A stretch of 64,000 bases of DNA from Nitrososphaerales archaeon (GCA_030745655.1 JASLOE010000002.1:38761-102760); one strand, 5' to 3'. Counted from the stretch's first letter, positions 38,459 through 47,045 are shown. A program made the numbers and translations. Notes: a model not told the origin generated them from the letters alone.

Positions 38459-38480
38459 TCAAATTTAAACTTTCAAAACT
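38459..38480 (+). promoter_or_regulatory. 22-nt motif TCAAATTTAAACTTTCAAAACT, copy 2 (about 95-115 nt upstream of the beta-CASP gene)
   Basis: An exact 22/22 repeat of 34646-34667 in the same orientation and at a similar distance from the downstream start. Confidence 0.5.
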
Positions 38481-38573
38481 GCACGAAACACTATTTTGCT
38501 CCATTCATCAAGTGTCTTCAATTCTGTTTTTTTGTATAAACATATTATGTAGTTTTTGTTGTTGTTGGTTACT

Positions 38574-39968
38574 ATGAATGTTAAGTTGTTGGGTGGAGAT
38601 GGGGAGATTGGTGGAAACAAAATTCTTGTTGAGCATAAAGGCACTAGGATTTTTCTGGATTTCGGTATGAGTTTTAAGCAGGCTGGAAAGTTTTTTTCTG
38701 AGTATGTTCAGCCGCGTAAATGTTCATCTTTACAAGATTTTTTTGAGATGGGTTTGTTGCCTGAGTTGGATGGAGTTTACCGAGAAGATTATCTTAAACA
38801 TATGGGTAAACAAAAAGAGAAGAGAAGTATTGATGGTGTTTTCTTAAGTCATGCGCATGCAGACCATGCATGGTATATCCATTTTTTGAGGATTGATATA
38901 CCAATTTTTTGTAGTAAAACAACAAAGGTTATTCTTCAGGTGTTAGAGGAGACAGGTAGCGGCTCGATTTCTGACCTAGTTTCTGCTTGCGATACTTTCG
39001 TTTTTTATCGAAACAACAAAGGTGAATTAAAAAGGGCTTCCAGAAAAAAGAGTGAGTTTGTTCATGATCGAGATTTCACGATATTGGAGCCTGGAAAGAA
39101 AGTGTCTGTAGGGACTTTGGAGGTTGAGATGGTTCCTGTTGATCATTCATTGCCTGGTGCATGTGGGTACATTGTTTATTCTGATGAAGGGAACCTTGTT
39201 TATACTGGTGACATCCGGTTTCATGGTTCACATCAGAAGCTTAGTGAAGATTTTGTTGTGAAAGCAAAACAAGCAAAACCAAAAATTTTGATTTCTGAGG
39301 GGACAAGAATAGATACTGACAAGAAAGATAGTGAAGCAGGAGTTAAAGCAAAGATTTCTGATCTTATTTCTGATGCTGAGGGGTTGGTGTTTGTTGAACA
39401 TCCTGTGAGGGATTTGGATAGAATAAATACAATGTATGAGTCAGCGAAAGCTAATGGTAGGGAGTTTGTGGCTAATCTTAAGCTTGCTTATCTTGTTCAA
39501 AGTTTAGGGGATCTTTGTCCGTTTAAGTTAGATGATGTTAAGATTCTTGTTCCGAAGAAGAGTTGGGGTCTAATTGGTAAAGAAGATATTGATCCTGATC
39601 TTATTGAACAAGATTACAATAAATGGGAAAGAGACTTTATAGACAGAGACAACTCAATAATTTACAGTGAACTTAAAGAGAATCCCAGTAAATATGTTGT
39701 CTCTATGAGTATGTGGGAAATAAACCAGTTATCCGACATAAATCCAAAGAACGCTGTATGGATCAAATCATCATGTGAACCATTCGATGAAGAAATGAAG
39801 ATAGATGAAAAACGAAAAAAGAATTGGTTAAGACACTACAAAATCAAAGAATATTCTGCTCACGCATCAGGGCACGCATCAGGTGACAAAATAAGGGAAA
39901 TGATCAAGGAAATAAACCCTGAGAAGGTAATTCCCATCCACACAGAAAACCCTGAAATGTATAATTAA
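38574..39968 (+). CDS. metallo-beta-lactamase / beta-CASP family nuclease
   Basis: MBL motifs are FLDFG, SHAHADHAWY, PVDHSLPGA and YTGDIRF. Beta-CASP motifs are A (LISEGTR), B (HASGHAS) and C (IPIHTE). The track ORF starts at TTG 38556; ATG 38574 gives MNVKLLGGDGEIGGNKILVE. Confidence 0.75.
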   Translation: MNVKLLGGDGEIGGNKILVEHKGTRIFLDFGMSFKQAGKFFSEYVQPRKCSSLQDFFEMGLLPELDGVYREDYLKHMGKQKEKRSIDGVFLSHAHADHAWYIHFLRIDIPIFCSKTTKVILQVLEETGSGSISDLVSACDTFVFYRNNKGELKRASRKKSEFVHDRDFTILEPGKKVSVGTLEVEMVPVDHSLPGACGYIVYSDEGNLVYTGDIRFHGSHQKLSEDFVVKAKQAKPKILISEGTRIDTDKKDSEAGVKAKISDLISDAEGLVFVEHPVRDLDRINTMYESAKANGREFVANLKLAYLVQSLGDLCPFKLDDVKILVPKKSWGLIGKEDIDPDLIEQDYNKWERDFIDRDNSIIYSELKENPSKYVVSMSMWEINQLSDINPKNAVWIKSSCEPFDEEMKIDEKRKKNWLRHYKIKEYSAHASGHASGDKIREMIKEINPEKVIPIHTENPEMYN

Positions 39969-40130
39969 TTGTTTTTATTCATCTCGGTATTGGTTCAAGA
40001 ATATGATTATATCATACATTTGTATGATTAATGATTTAATATTGAAATTATTACGAATAACGGAATAAAATTTACTAATTCGTGATGTTATTATGCTGAA
40101 TGAAACATATTTATGTTATAATCATGCTAT

Positions 40131-40433
40131 ATGTTAAGAAATTCTTTGACTAATACTATTATTGTTAAGCGGAGGCCTTTGGAACATTATTTTTTATCTA
40201 TTTTCTCTCTTATTCTTAATGAAGAAAAAGAAATAATTCTTAAATCATATGGAAGTTCAATAGGAACAGCCATCGATATTGTTAATCTTCTGACTGGGAA
40301 AATCCTTCCAAATTTCTTCAATGTTACCTTAGAGTCCTCAATTAGCAATATTGATGTATTTGGAGGGAATCTTGATATGAACAAGTCGAGTAATAAAATA
40401 TCTGTTATTAAAATAATATTAAAAGTGAGATAA
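40131..40433 (+). CDS. divergent Alba-like nucleic-acid-binding protein
   Basis: 100 aa. The pattern NTIIVKRRPLEHY...EEKEIILKSYGSSIGTAIDIVNLL...ISVIKIILKV follows the Alba layout (K..P...Y ... e-i-l-k-G-..I..A-i-d-i-v). It is a divergent member. Confidence 0.5.
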   Translation: MLRNSLTNTIIVKRRPLEHYFLSIFSLILNEEKEIILKSYGSSIGTAIDIVNLLTGKILPNFFNVTLESSISNIDVFGGNLDMNKSSNKISVIKIILKVR

Positions 40434-41462
40434 ATGGAAATAATTGATATTTGTACACTTGAAACATTGCTTAGTGCAGTGCAAATAAGAAATAAAACTT
40501 TGAATCTTTTCACCACTATTGGCTCTGAAGATATACAACTTTGCTCAATAAATCTAGATGATAACGAACTCAAAGTTAATGAAGAACTCTTAATTACGGA
40601 AGTAAATGATAAGAGATCAAGACTTCTTTCAGATAGTAATTCTAGAATGGTTAACGCATTAATGAGGTCTGCTCTCTTGAAACCTAATTTAAATAAATTC
40701 AGATTGCAAATTTCTCAGTGGGATGATGTTATTTTTGGGTTAGACACAAATATATTTTATACATGTACAATTACTTCATCTATTCTTGATGATTTACTAA
40801 AAATTCCATCCGGTGATTTTATTGATACTCCTGATTGGATGACTTTTGTGTTTAGCAAGGTGGGTATGGGAGAGATAGAAAATAGGGCTGGTCATTCTCA
40901 TAATCCAACAAATAGAAGGCAATGTTTAAGGGCCATACAAGAAATTATGATGATAAATAGAAGCAAAGATTTGGAGGGAATCTCATTACTTCTTACAGGT
41001 TCAATCCCACCTGAAATTGATTATTCTACCAGTACAACTAATACAGTTAGAGACTCAACAATTAGGGAACAGTTTAGATCATTCCTAAAAACAATCGATT
41101 TTCATAAAGGAAGCTACTTTCTCACACAAGATTTCAATAGTGCAGTTTTAGCTGAAGCTGAAGGTTTGAAGAGTTTATACATCCAGAAACCTAATCTTCC
41201 AGAACAAGCTATAGATTTTCATACAAGTGACAAAGTTAATGTTTCTGAAGTACTTTACGAGTTGGCAGTATCTTTCCAACCACTTATTCTTAAAATGGAT
41301 GGTCTTGAACTTGAATTCTTTAGTGAATGGTCTGGAAAAAACCTCAATTCTTGGGAAAACTGGATGATGGGAATCAAATGGCGCAAAGACGATATAAAAC
41401 TTAATGAAGAAATCCAAAAACTAAAAAAACAAGAAATCAACCAAAAAATATGTGCCGGTTAG
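40434..41462 (+). CDS. PIN-domain nuclease-like protein with N- and C-terminal extensions
   Basis: The ATG directly follows the Alba-like stop (TAAATG). The four acidic positions are spaced as in PIN domains: FGLDTNIF (D104), GEIEN (E147), VRDSTI (D207) and LTQDFN (D233). Confidence 0.5.
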   Translation: MEIIDICTLETLLSAVQIRNKTLNLFTTIGSEDIQLCSINLDDNELKVNEELLITEVNDKRSRLLSDSNSRMVNALMRSALLKPNLNKFRLQISQWDDVIFGLDTNIFYTCTITSSILDDLLKIPSGDFIDTPDWMTFVFSKVGMGEIENRAGHSHNPTNRRQCLRAIQEIMMINRSKDLEGISLLLTGSIPPEIDYSTSTTNTVRDSTIREQFRSFLKTIDFHKGSYFLTQDFNSAVLAEAEGLKSLYIQKPNLPEQAIDFHTSDKVNVSEVLYELAVSFQPLILKMDGLELEFFSEWSGKNLNSWENWMMGIKWRKDDIKLNEEIQKLKKQEINQKICAG

Positions 41463-41637
41463 GATAACTTAAAGAAAAGACATGTACATTGGTTAGAAAA
41501 ATGACGCGAAATAAGTGGGAATTATTAAAAAAATATGTGATTGGAAAGCGTTGAAAGTTTCTTTAGATGCTGATATAATCCATGAATAAACTAGTGGTTC
41601 ATTTTAGGAATCTTCTCTTTTTGTGATTTGAAGGAAA

Positions 41638-42978
41638 ATGACAGTTTCCTTTGATGAATTGGAAAAAATTAAGCCTTTATTGAGAGAATATGTTGAGCAA
41701 AGTCCAAAGAGTGTTGAACGCCAATGGGAGTCTCCCATTGAGATTTCACAGCGTCCTTTTCATCGTTATGCTGGAAAGGAGAGCCAGAAGATTGCTCATT
41801 TTTTACTTATGTTTGCTGCAGTTGACACGGCAGAGCTTGTTACAATGCCTGAAAATGCAAGAGCCTTACTGAAGTACCTTTATGGTTCTTTAAGTGATGA
41901 CTATTTTAAACCGAGTCAAATTGACCTCTTCAGTAAGCATATTCAAGACTTTAGCAATCACTATAATCTAGGTTCATCATATGAGCAAATTCCGGAAATT
42001 CTTGATTCAATAAACCATTTTGTTCAAGAGAATGCGAAAGGAGACCTAGTCAGTTATGCAAAGAAGTTTGCTACACCTGAAGAAATGGTAAAAGAAGTTG
42101 GTAATAATATTCCATACATAGGAGGATCACGCCTTGATCATGTACGGATGTACATGCGATGGATGGTGCGGGCCCCTCCTGATCTTGAGATTTTCAAAAA
42201 CTTTTCAAGTAAACAACTGCAGATTCCACTTACATCATTTATGCGAAACATTGCAGTCTGTCTAGGTATATGCTCAAAAGCAATTGCTGATTGGGATCAC
42301 CCTCAGGAAATTGATCAAGAAAGAAAACGGCTAACACAGTTTGCATTAGAACTTTTTCCAGAAGACCCTGCAAAAATTGATTACCCATTCTTTATGTTAG
42401 GCAGATGGATTAGAGACCAAAACTTGAGTTTGCAATTCCTGAGAAACTGGCTTCAATTCCTAAAAAAAACATATGTCAAACTTCAAAGACCTCCAATCAC
42501 GTTCAATGCTTCCAAGATACGACAAGAATCTACTTTTGAAAAAAGAGTAAGAGAAGAACTTGAAAAATTTCAGTTCATGTTTTCATTTGAACCGCTCAAA
42601 TTCACTTTGTCAAATAAAAAGGGAGAACCGCAGAACTATACCCCTGACTTCATTCTACCTCGATGTCGAAAACAAAGAAAAATAGTCATATTAGAACCTC
42701 ACGGAATCTGGACACCTAAACAAAAAAGGAAGTTCCAATTAGGTAGTAAGACTTCCTACTTTTGGGCTTTTCCTTCAGAGATAAATATTGATGAGATAAA
42801 GTTTGTCAACAAACTTCGTTTATTTATGAAACTGTATAGTAAAATGTATTACTCAATTCTTATAGTCCCATCCGATGTAAAATACCGGGTTGAAAACTAT
42901 CCAAACATATGCAATGAAATATATGAAGGTGAAGACATACCAAAAATGCTTTTTGATTTACAGAAGAATATGAAATAA
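41638..42978 (+). CDS. fusion of a DUF2400 (TIGR02757)-like, HhH-glycosylase-related domain with a C-terminal PD-(D/E)XK-like domain
   Basis: The N-terminal ~270 aa reads RMYMRWMVRAPPDLEIFKNFSSKQLQIPLTSFMRNIAVCLGI...ADWDHP...LFPEDPAKIDYPFFMLGRW. This matches my recollection of the DUF2400 signature (FLRWMVR...PLDTHv...LgL...DP.KyDfaLf.lG). The C-terminal part has FEKRVREELE...YTPDFILP...IVILEPHGIW. Confidence 0.5.
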   Translation: MTVSFDELEKIKPLLREYVEQSPKSVERQWESPIEISQRPFHRYAGKESQKIAHFLLMFAAVDTAELVTMPENARALLKYLYGSLSDDYFKPSQIDLFSKHIQDFSNHYNLGSSYEQIPEILDSINHFVQENAKGDLVSYAKKFATPEEMVKEVGNNIPYIGGSRLDHVRMYMRWMVRAPPDLEIFKNFSSKQLQIPLTSFMRNIAVCLGICSKAIADWDHPQEIDQERKRLTQFALELFPEDPAKIDYPFFMLGRWIRDQNLSLQFLRNWLQFLKKTYVKLQRPPITFNASKIRQESTFEKRVREELEKFQFMFSFEPLKFTLSNKKGEPQNYTPDFILPRCRKQRKIVILEPHGIWTPKQKRKFQLGSKTSYFWAFPSEINIDEIKFVNKLRLFMKLYSKMYYSILIVPSDVKYRVENYPNICNEIYEGEDIPKMLFDLQKNMK

Positions 42979-43229
42979 ATTTTACGTGCTATTATCAATC
43001 ACCTACATTTTCTTCGTCTGGTTGGTGTATATTATCAAAATATTGTACTATCTTCTTTTTCTAGAAAAAAGTAAGTATTATTTTCTTTTAAAGTCTGGAT
43101 AATTTTGGTTCTTATTGTTTTTCGCTATTTTGATATGATGTAACGAAAATATGTGGTTTCATAATATATGTTTAATAATATCCAAAGATTTTATTTAATT
43201 CTAATTTGAATGCTCCTCCTTCTAAAGAA

Positions 43230-44201
43230 ATGAAGTTAGAAATTAGCTTAAGTGACTCTAGAGCTATAGAAATTGTTGAGAATATTCCTGCTGATAAAAG
43301 AGATGAGGTTATTGAGAAGTATATTATTCTTGGAGAAATGGTGTCTTCTCATGCATCAATCACAACACGAAAGGAGGCTGTAGCGGACTTTTTTGAACCA
43401 TTAAACATGGATATGCAAAAACTGTTGACGAATCAACATGCAGAGTTAAACACAGGTATGCGAGAACTGTTGACGAACCAATATACAGAGTTAACGAACC
43501 AGCGTACAGAGTTAAGCACGATAAGAGAGCAATTACAACGTATTATCCCAACAGTAACGACATCTGTTAAGAAAGGCGAAATAACTGTTGATGCTATATT
43601 CCAAAGTCTTCAAGAACGTTTCTTGGACGACTCGTTTGAGGATGTCTCAGCTACTGCAAAGTATTCAGATATTCTTGCAACTACAAGTACAAAGACTCCC
43701 GTATTGATAGAAATCAAAGATTACAAGAATAAAGTTCCTTCTGATGAGATTGATAAATTTTGGAGAGATTTAGAGAGACGTGGCGCCCGTTACGGGATAT
43801 TTGTTTCGATGCATTCTGGGATAACAAAGTGCTCTGGTTCAATTAATATTAAGACTGAAATGAATAGAACTGCCGTATTTGTTGTTAACTGTGAATTAAA
43901 TTGGGTTGGACATATTTTTGCTTTTCAGATGATTAAGAAATTATCAGAAATAGAGTCTGTAAAGAAGAAGGAACTTAAAGGCCAAGAACTAGGTAACGTC
44001 ATAACAAAAATAAATAGTAAGTGCAAGCAACTTCAAAAAGACGTAGAAATTCTCAATGAAATTACTCAAATTGCAGATCGTCTCAAAACATCCAATACAA
44101 ACAAACTTGATGAACTTATAGATCTTGCGAATAAACACAAAAGATCTCTCAATGAACAGATTGAAGAAATACTTGATGAAATAAAGAATGTGGAATTATG
44201 A
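43230..44201 (+). CDS. coiled-coil protein with central restriction-endonuclease-like (D...E-I-K) core, RmuC-like architecture
   Basis: It has a repetitive LLTNQ.AEL region, then SDILATTSTKTPVLIEIKDYKNKVPSDEIDKF...YGIFVS, and a C-terminal coiled coil. The track ORF starts at TTG 43206. Confidence 0.45.
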   Translation: MKLEISLSDSRAIEIVENIPADKRDEVIEKYIILGEMVSSHASITTRKEAVADFFEPLNMDMQKLLTNQHAELNTGMRELLTNQYTELTNQRTELSTIREQLQRIIPTVTTSVKKGEITVDAIFQSLQERFLDDSFEDVSATAKYSDILATTSTKTPVLIEIKDYKNKVPSDEIDKFWRDLERRGARYGIFVSMHSGITKCSGSINIKTEMNRTAVFVVNCELNWVGHIFAFQMIKKLSEIESVKKKELKGQELGNVITKINSKCKQLQKDVEILNEITQIADRLKTSNTNKLDELIDLANKHKRSLNEQIEEILDEIKNVEL

Positions 44202-44255
44202 TCAATACATTCCAATAAAGTAAAATGAAAAGCGTCTAAAGAAAAAATTACATAT

Positions 44256-44714
44256 TTGGTGATTATTTTTAGAGAATACGAAAAATACGAAAAGTTAGGA
44301 ATTTCAATAAATGAACTTATCTCAATAAATGAAATGTTGAAAATTCCTGAGAATAAAAATACTTCTAATGCGACAGAGAAACGGAAAAAATATGTTGAAG
44401 AGGCAATATCATGGAAATGCGGAAAAGACCAACAAAACAGAATAATCACGATTGTTTATGATATTGATGGACATGGAACAGCTGTTGCAGTGGGAAAGCC
44501 AGGCAAAGAAGCAGATAAAAATTATAAGGGATTTAGAAATTATAAAACAGGATTGAAAGGAAATAATCCTAATGATATGAATCCGCATATTTTACTCCAA
44601 CATTATAGTCTGGATCTGCAAAAATACAATCAAATTTCTCACCTTTTTTTATCAACTTGGGCATTACATCTAAAACATCTCCACAGATTACACCATCTAA
44701 CATTTCATCTCTGA
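44256..44714 (+). CDS. hypothetical ORF; only the first ~105 codons look protein-like
   Basis: The N-terminal part (EYEKYEKLGISINEL...IVYDIDGHGTAVAVGKPGKEADKNYKGF) has plausible composition. The 3' third is antisense to the methyltransferase fragment and is probably not coding. Confidence 0.25.
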   Translation: MVIIFREYEKYEKLGISINELISINEMLKIPENKNTSNATEKRKKYVEEAISWKCGKDQQNRIITIVYDIDGHGTAVAVGKPGKEADKNYKGFRNYKTGLKGNNPNDMNPHILLQHYSLDLQKYNQISHLFLSTWALHLKHLHRLHHLTFHL

Positions 44715-44766
44715 TTCTTTGAATATCTGTAGTTTTCGAACCTTGTTTTGACATGTTTATCAGCAA
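44569..44766 (-). pseudogene. N-terminal fragment of an N6/N4 DNA methyltransferase (truncated after motif IV)
   Basis: The 65-aa ORF contains ...DGVICGDVLDVMPKLIKKGEKFDCIFADPDYNVGVKY. This is the GD...l..lp...vDli.tDPPYN layout with DPPY changed to DPDY. A stop follows 9 codons later, and none of the three downstream frames continues a methylase. Confidence 0.55.
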
Positions 44767-45052
44767 ATTAGTTAATGAACATCTTAATGTCTCTGGAATA
44801 TGTTATTAAGTTTCTTTCATAAACGTTAAGTGAACTATTTATGTAACACTATTCATAACAAGGATAATAATAAGTCAAAATAATGAATAATGCAAAAGAA
44901 TCTTATAATTTAATCTTAATGAAAAATAAACCACTAAAATATCTTCTTCTAAAAACGCTTTAATCAAGGTTTTTCAGTGTTCTAAAACTTGTACAGTTAG
45001 TTCTAATCACTGGTTTAATACCTTAATCTATGTATGCATATTGCGGCGGTAA

Positions 45053-46927
45053 ATGATGGAAAAAAATGCGGTATTGGCGGTAATATTGGTGACATCTTTA
45101 GTGGTGTCAGTGGTACTTATTCTTGATACAGTGGAGAGTCCTGAAATAGAAGCTTATGGACTTAAGACCTTCAACTCTATGTTTGAGCTTGATTCCTATA
45201 TAGAGAAAGGATTCAATAATCCAAAGAATAGAGGCCCAATTTTTATGGAAGTTGCTATGGAGGATGTAGCTGCTTCTCCTGGTGCAGTAAGTGAATTTAG
45301 TGAAACCAACATTCAAGTTGCAGGTGTAGATGAAGCAGATATAGTAAAGACCGACGGAAAATACATTTACTTTGTAACAGGCAATAGTCTCCTTATCATA
45401 AACGCTTACCCAGCAGATCAGATGCAGCTTATCTCAAATACAACAGTAGACGGAAGAATAACCGGACTCTATGTCAACCAAGACAGAATAGTGATATTCC
45501 AAGAAAACAGTGTTTGGTTTGGTAATCCAAGAATCCAAGAAGATGTAGAAGTTGGAATAGCTATAGAACCAGGTTTCGCATCTTATGTAGATGGATTCCA
45601 CATCAAAGTCTACGACATAACCAAGAAAACACATCCAGAACTTGTCCGTGACGTCTCAATGAATGGAACCTACATCAACTCACGAATGATTGACAATTGG
45701 GTATACGTTATAGCTGACCAATCAGCAATATATTGGCTACAGGAAGAATACAAAGTTGTTCTACCTGCTATAGATGATAACGGGGAACCCAAAGTAGTTC
45801 CTGTAAGAGAAATCCATTACTCAGACAACGACGATATAGCAGCAGCTTACACTATGATAATTGCAGTTAACATCCAAGACGAAACAGAAGAAACAGAAAT
45901 GAAAGTAATGTTATCTGGTTTTGCAACCACACTATATGTCTCACAAAGAAACATCTATGTGGTAACCCCTGACTGGGGCTGGTGGTCAAACGAAGGAAAA
46001 ACAGTTATCCACCGAATCGCAATAAACAAAGGAACAATAGCTGTAGAAGCATCAGGCTCTGTTCCAGGTAGAGTTCTCAATCAGTACTCACTTGACGAAT
46101 ATGAAAACCACATGCGAATAGCAACAACTTCAAGCTCATCCGATATGGAAAGATCAGAGTTCAGCAACAATGTTTACGTTCTTAACCAAGAAATGGAGAT
46201 AGTTGGCACACTTGAAGATCTTGCCCCAGGAGAACAAATCTTTTCAGCACGATTTATAGGGGCAAAAGGATATCTTGTAACCTTCAGAAATATAGACCCA
46301 CTATTCACAATAGATCTCAGTGACCCACAAGCACCAACAGTTCTTGGCCAACTCAAGATCCCAGGATTCAGCAACTACCTGCACCCATTTGATGAAAACC
46401 ACATAATCGGTATAGGAAAAGACGCGATCCCAGCAAAAGATAGAGACTTCGCTTGGTACCAGGGAGTAAAAATCTCTCTCTTCAACATAGCTGACCCAGA
46501 CAACCCGATTCAAGTGAGTACCTTCCTGATAGGTGACCGAGGAACAGAATCACCGATCCTATACGATCCACACGCACTACTTTTCGACTCAAGAACAGGC
46601 CTCATGATCTTCCCGGTACTTGAAGCAAAAATCAACCCAGCAAAATACCCACAAGGAATACCTCCAGAAACATACGGTGAACACATATTCCAAGGAGTAT
46701 ACGCACTCAACATAGATGCAACCACAGGAATAACCCTCATGGGAACACTAACCCACATAACAGACCCAGATGTTTTCATTAAAAGTGGCTACTACATGTA
46801 TTCTCCAAGCGAAATAATAAGAAGCCTATACATCGACGATATACTCTACACAATCTCAAATAACAAAATATCTGCAAACAACATAGACACACTTGAAGAA
46901 CTAGCGACTATATCCCTAGCAGAATAA
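45053..46927 (+). CDS. secreted beta-propeller domain protein (COG4880 / Beta_propel family)
   Basis: An N-terminal TM/signal segment and the family signature TNIQVAGVDEADIVKTDGKYIYFV. 624 aa. Confidence 0.7.
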   Translation: MMEKNAVLAVILVTSLVVSVVLILDTVESPEIEAYGLKTFNSMFELDSYIEKGFNNPKNRGPIFMEVAMEDVAASPGAVSEFSETNIQVAGVDEADIVKTDGKYIYFVTGNSLLIINAYPADQMQLISNTTVDGRITGLYVNQDRIVIFQENSVWFGNPRIQEDVEVGIAIEPGFASYVDGFHIKVYDITKKTHPELVRDVSMNGTYINSRMIDNWVYVIADQSAIYWLQEEYKVVLPAIDDNGEPKVVPVREIHYSDNDDIAAAYTMIIAVNIQDETEETEMKVMLSGFATTLYVSQRNIYVVTPDWGWWSNEGKTVIHRIAINKGTIAVEASGSVPGRVLNQYSLDEYENHMRIATTSSSSDMERSEFSNNVYVLNQEMEIVGTLEDLAPGEQIFSARFIGAKGYLVTFRNIDPLFTIDLSDPQAPTVLGQLKIPGFSNYLHPFDENHIIGIGKDAIPAKDRDFAWYQGVKISLFNIADPDNPIQVSTFLIGDRGTESPILYDPHALLFDSRTGLMIFPVLEAKINPAKYPQGIPPETYGEHIFQGVYALNIDATTGITLMGTLTHITDPDVFIKSGYYMYSPSEIIRSLYIDDILYTISNNKISANNIDTLEELATISLAE

Positions 46928-47045
46928 TTGCTCTTTCTCCACCTTTTTTCTAGGGTTTATTTTAACTACGGTAGAATAAGTTTTTGAAGATTTAAATGAA
47001 ATGGATTTTTATTTATCTCTAAAATTACATGGTGGATTGAAGGAG

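Noticed and set aside
41551-41560. Inverted copy of the 10-nt core (AAACTTTCAA) of the 22-nt motif, upstream of the 41638 gene.
   Set aside because: By rough estimate, an A/T-rich 10-mer is expected about once by chance in 64 kb on two strands. It is mentioned in the motif finding but not counted as a third site.
44256-44714. Treating the whole 152-aa ORF as a real gene.
   Set aside because: Its last third is the antisense of the methyltransferase fragment and has His/Leu-rich nonsense composition. Only the 5' part is retained, as a low-confidence feature.
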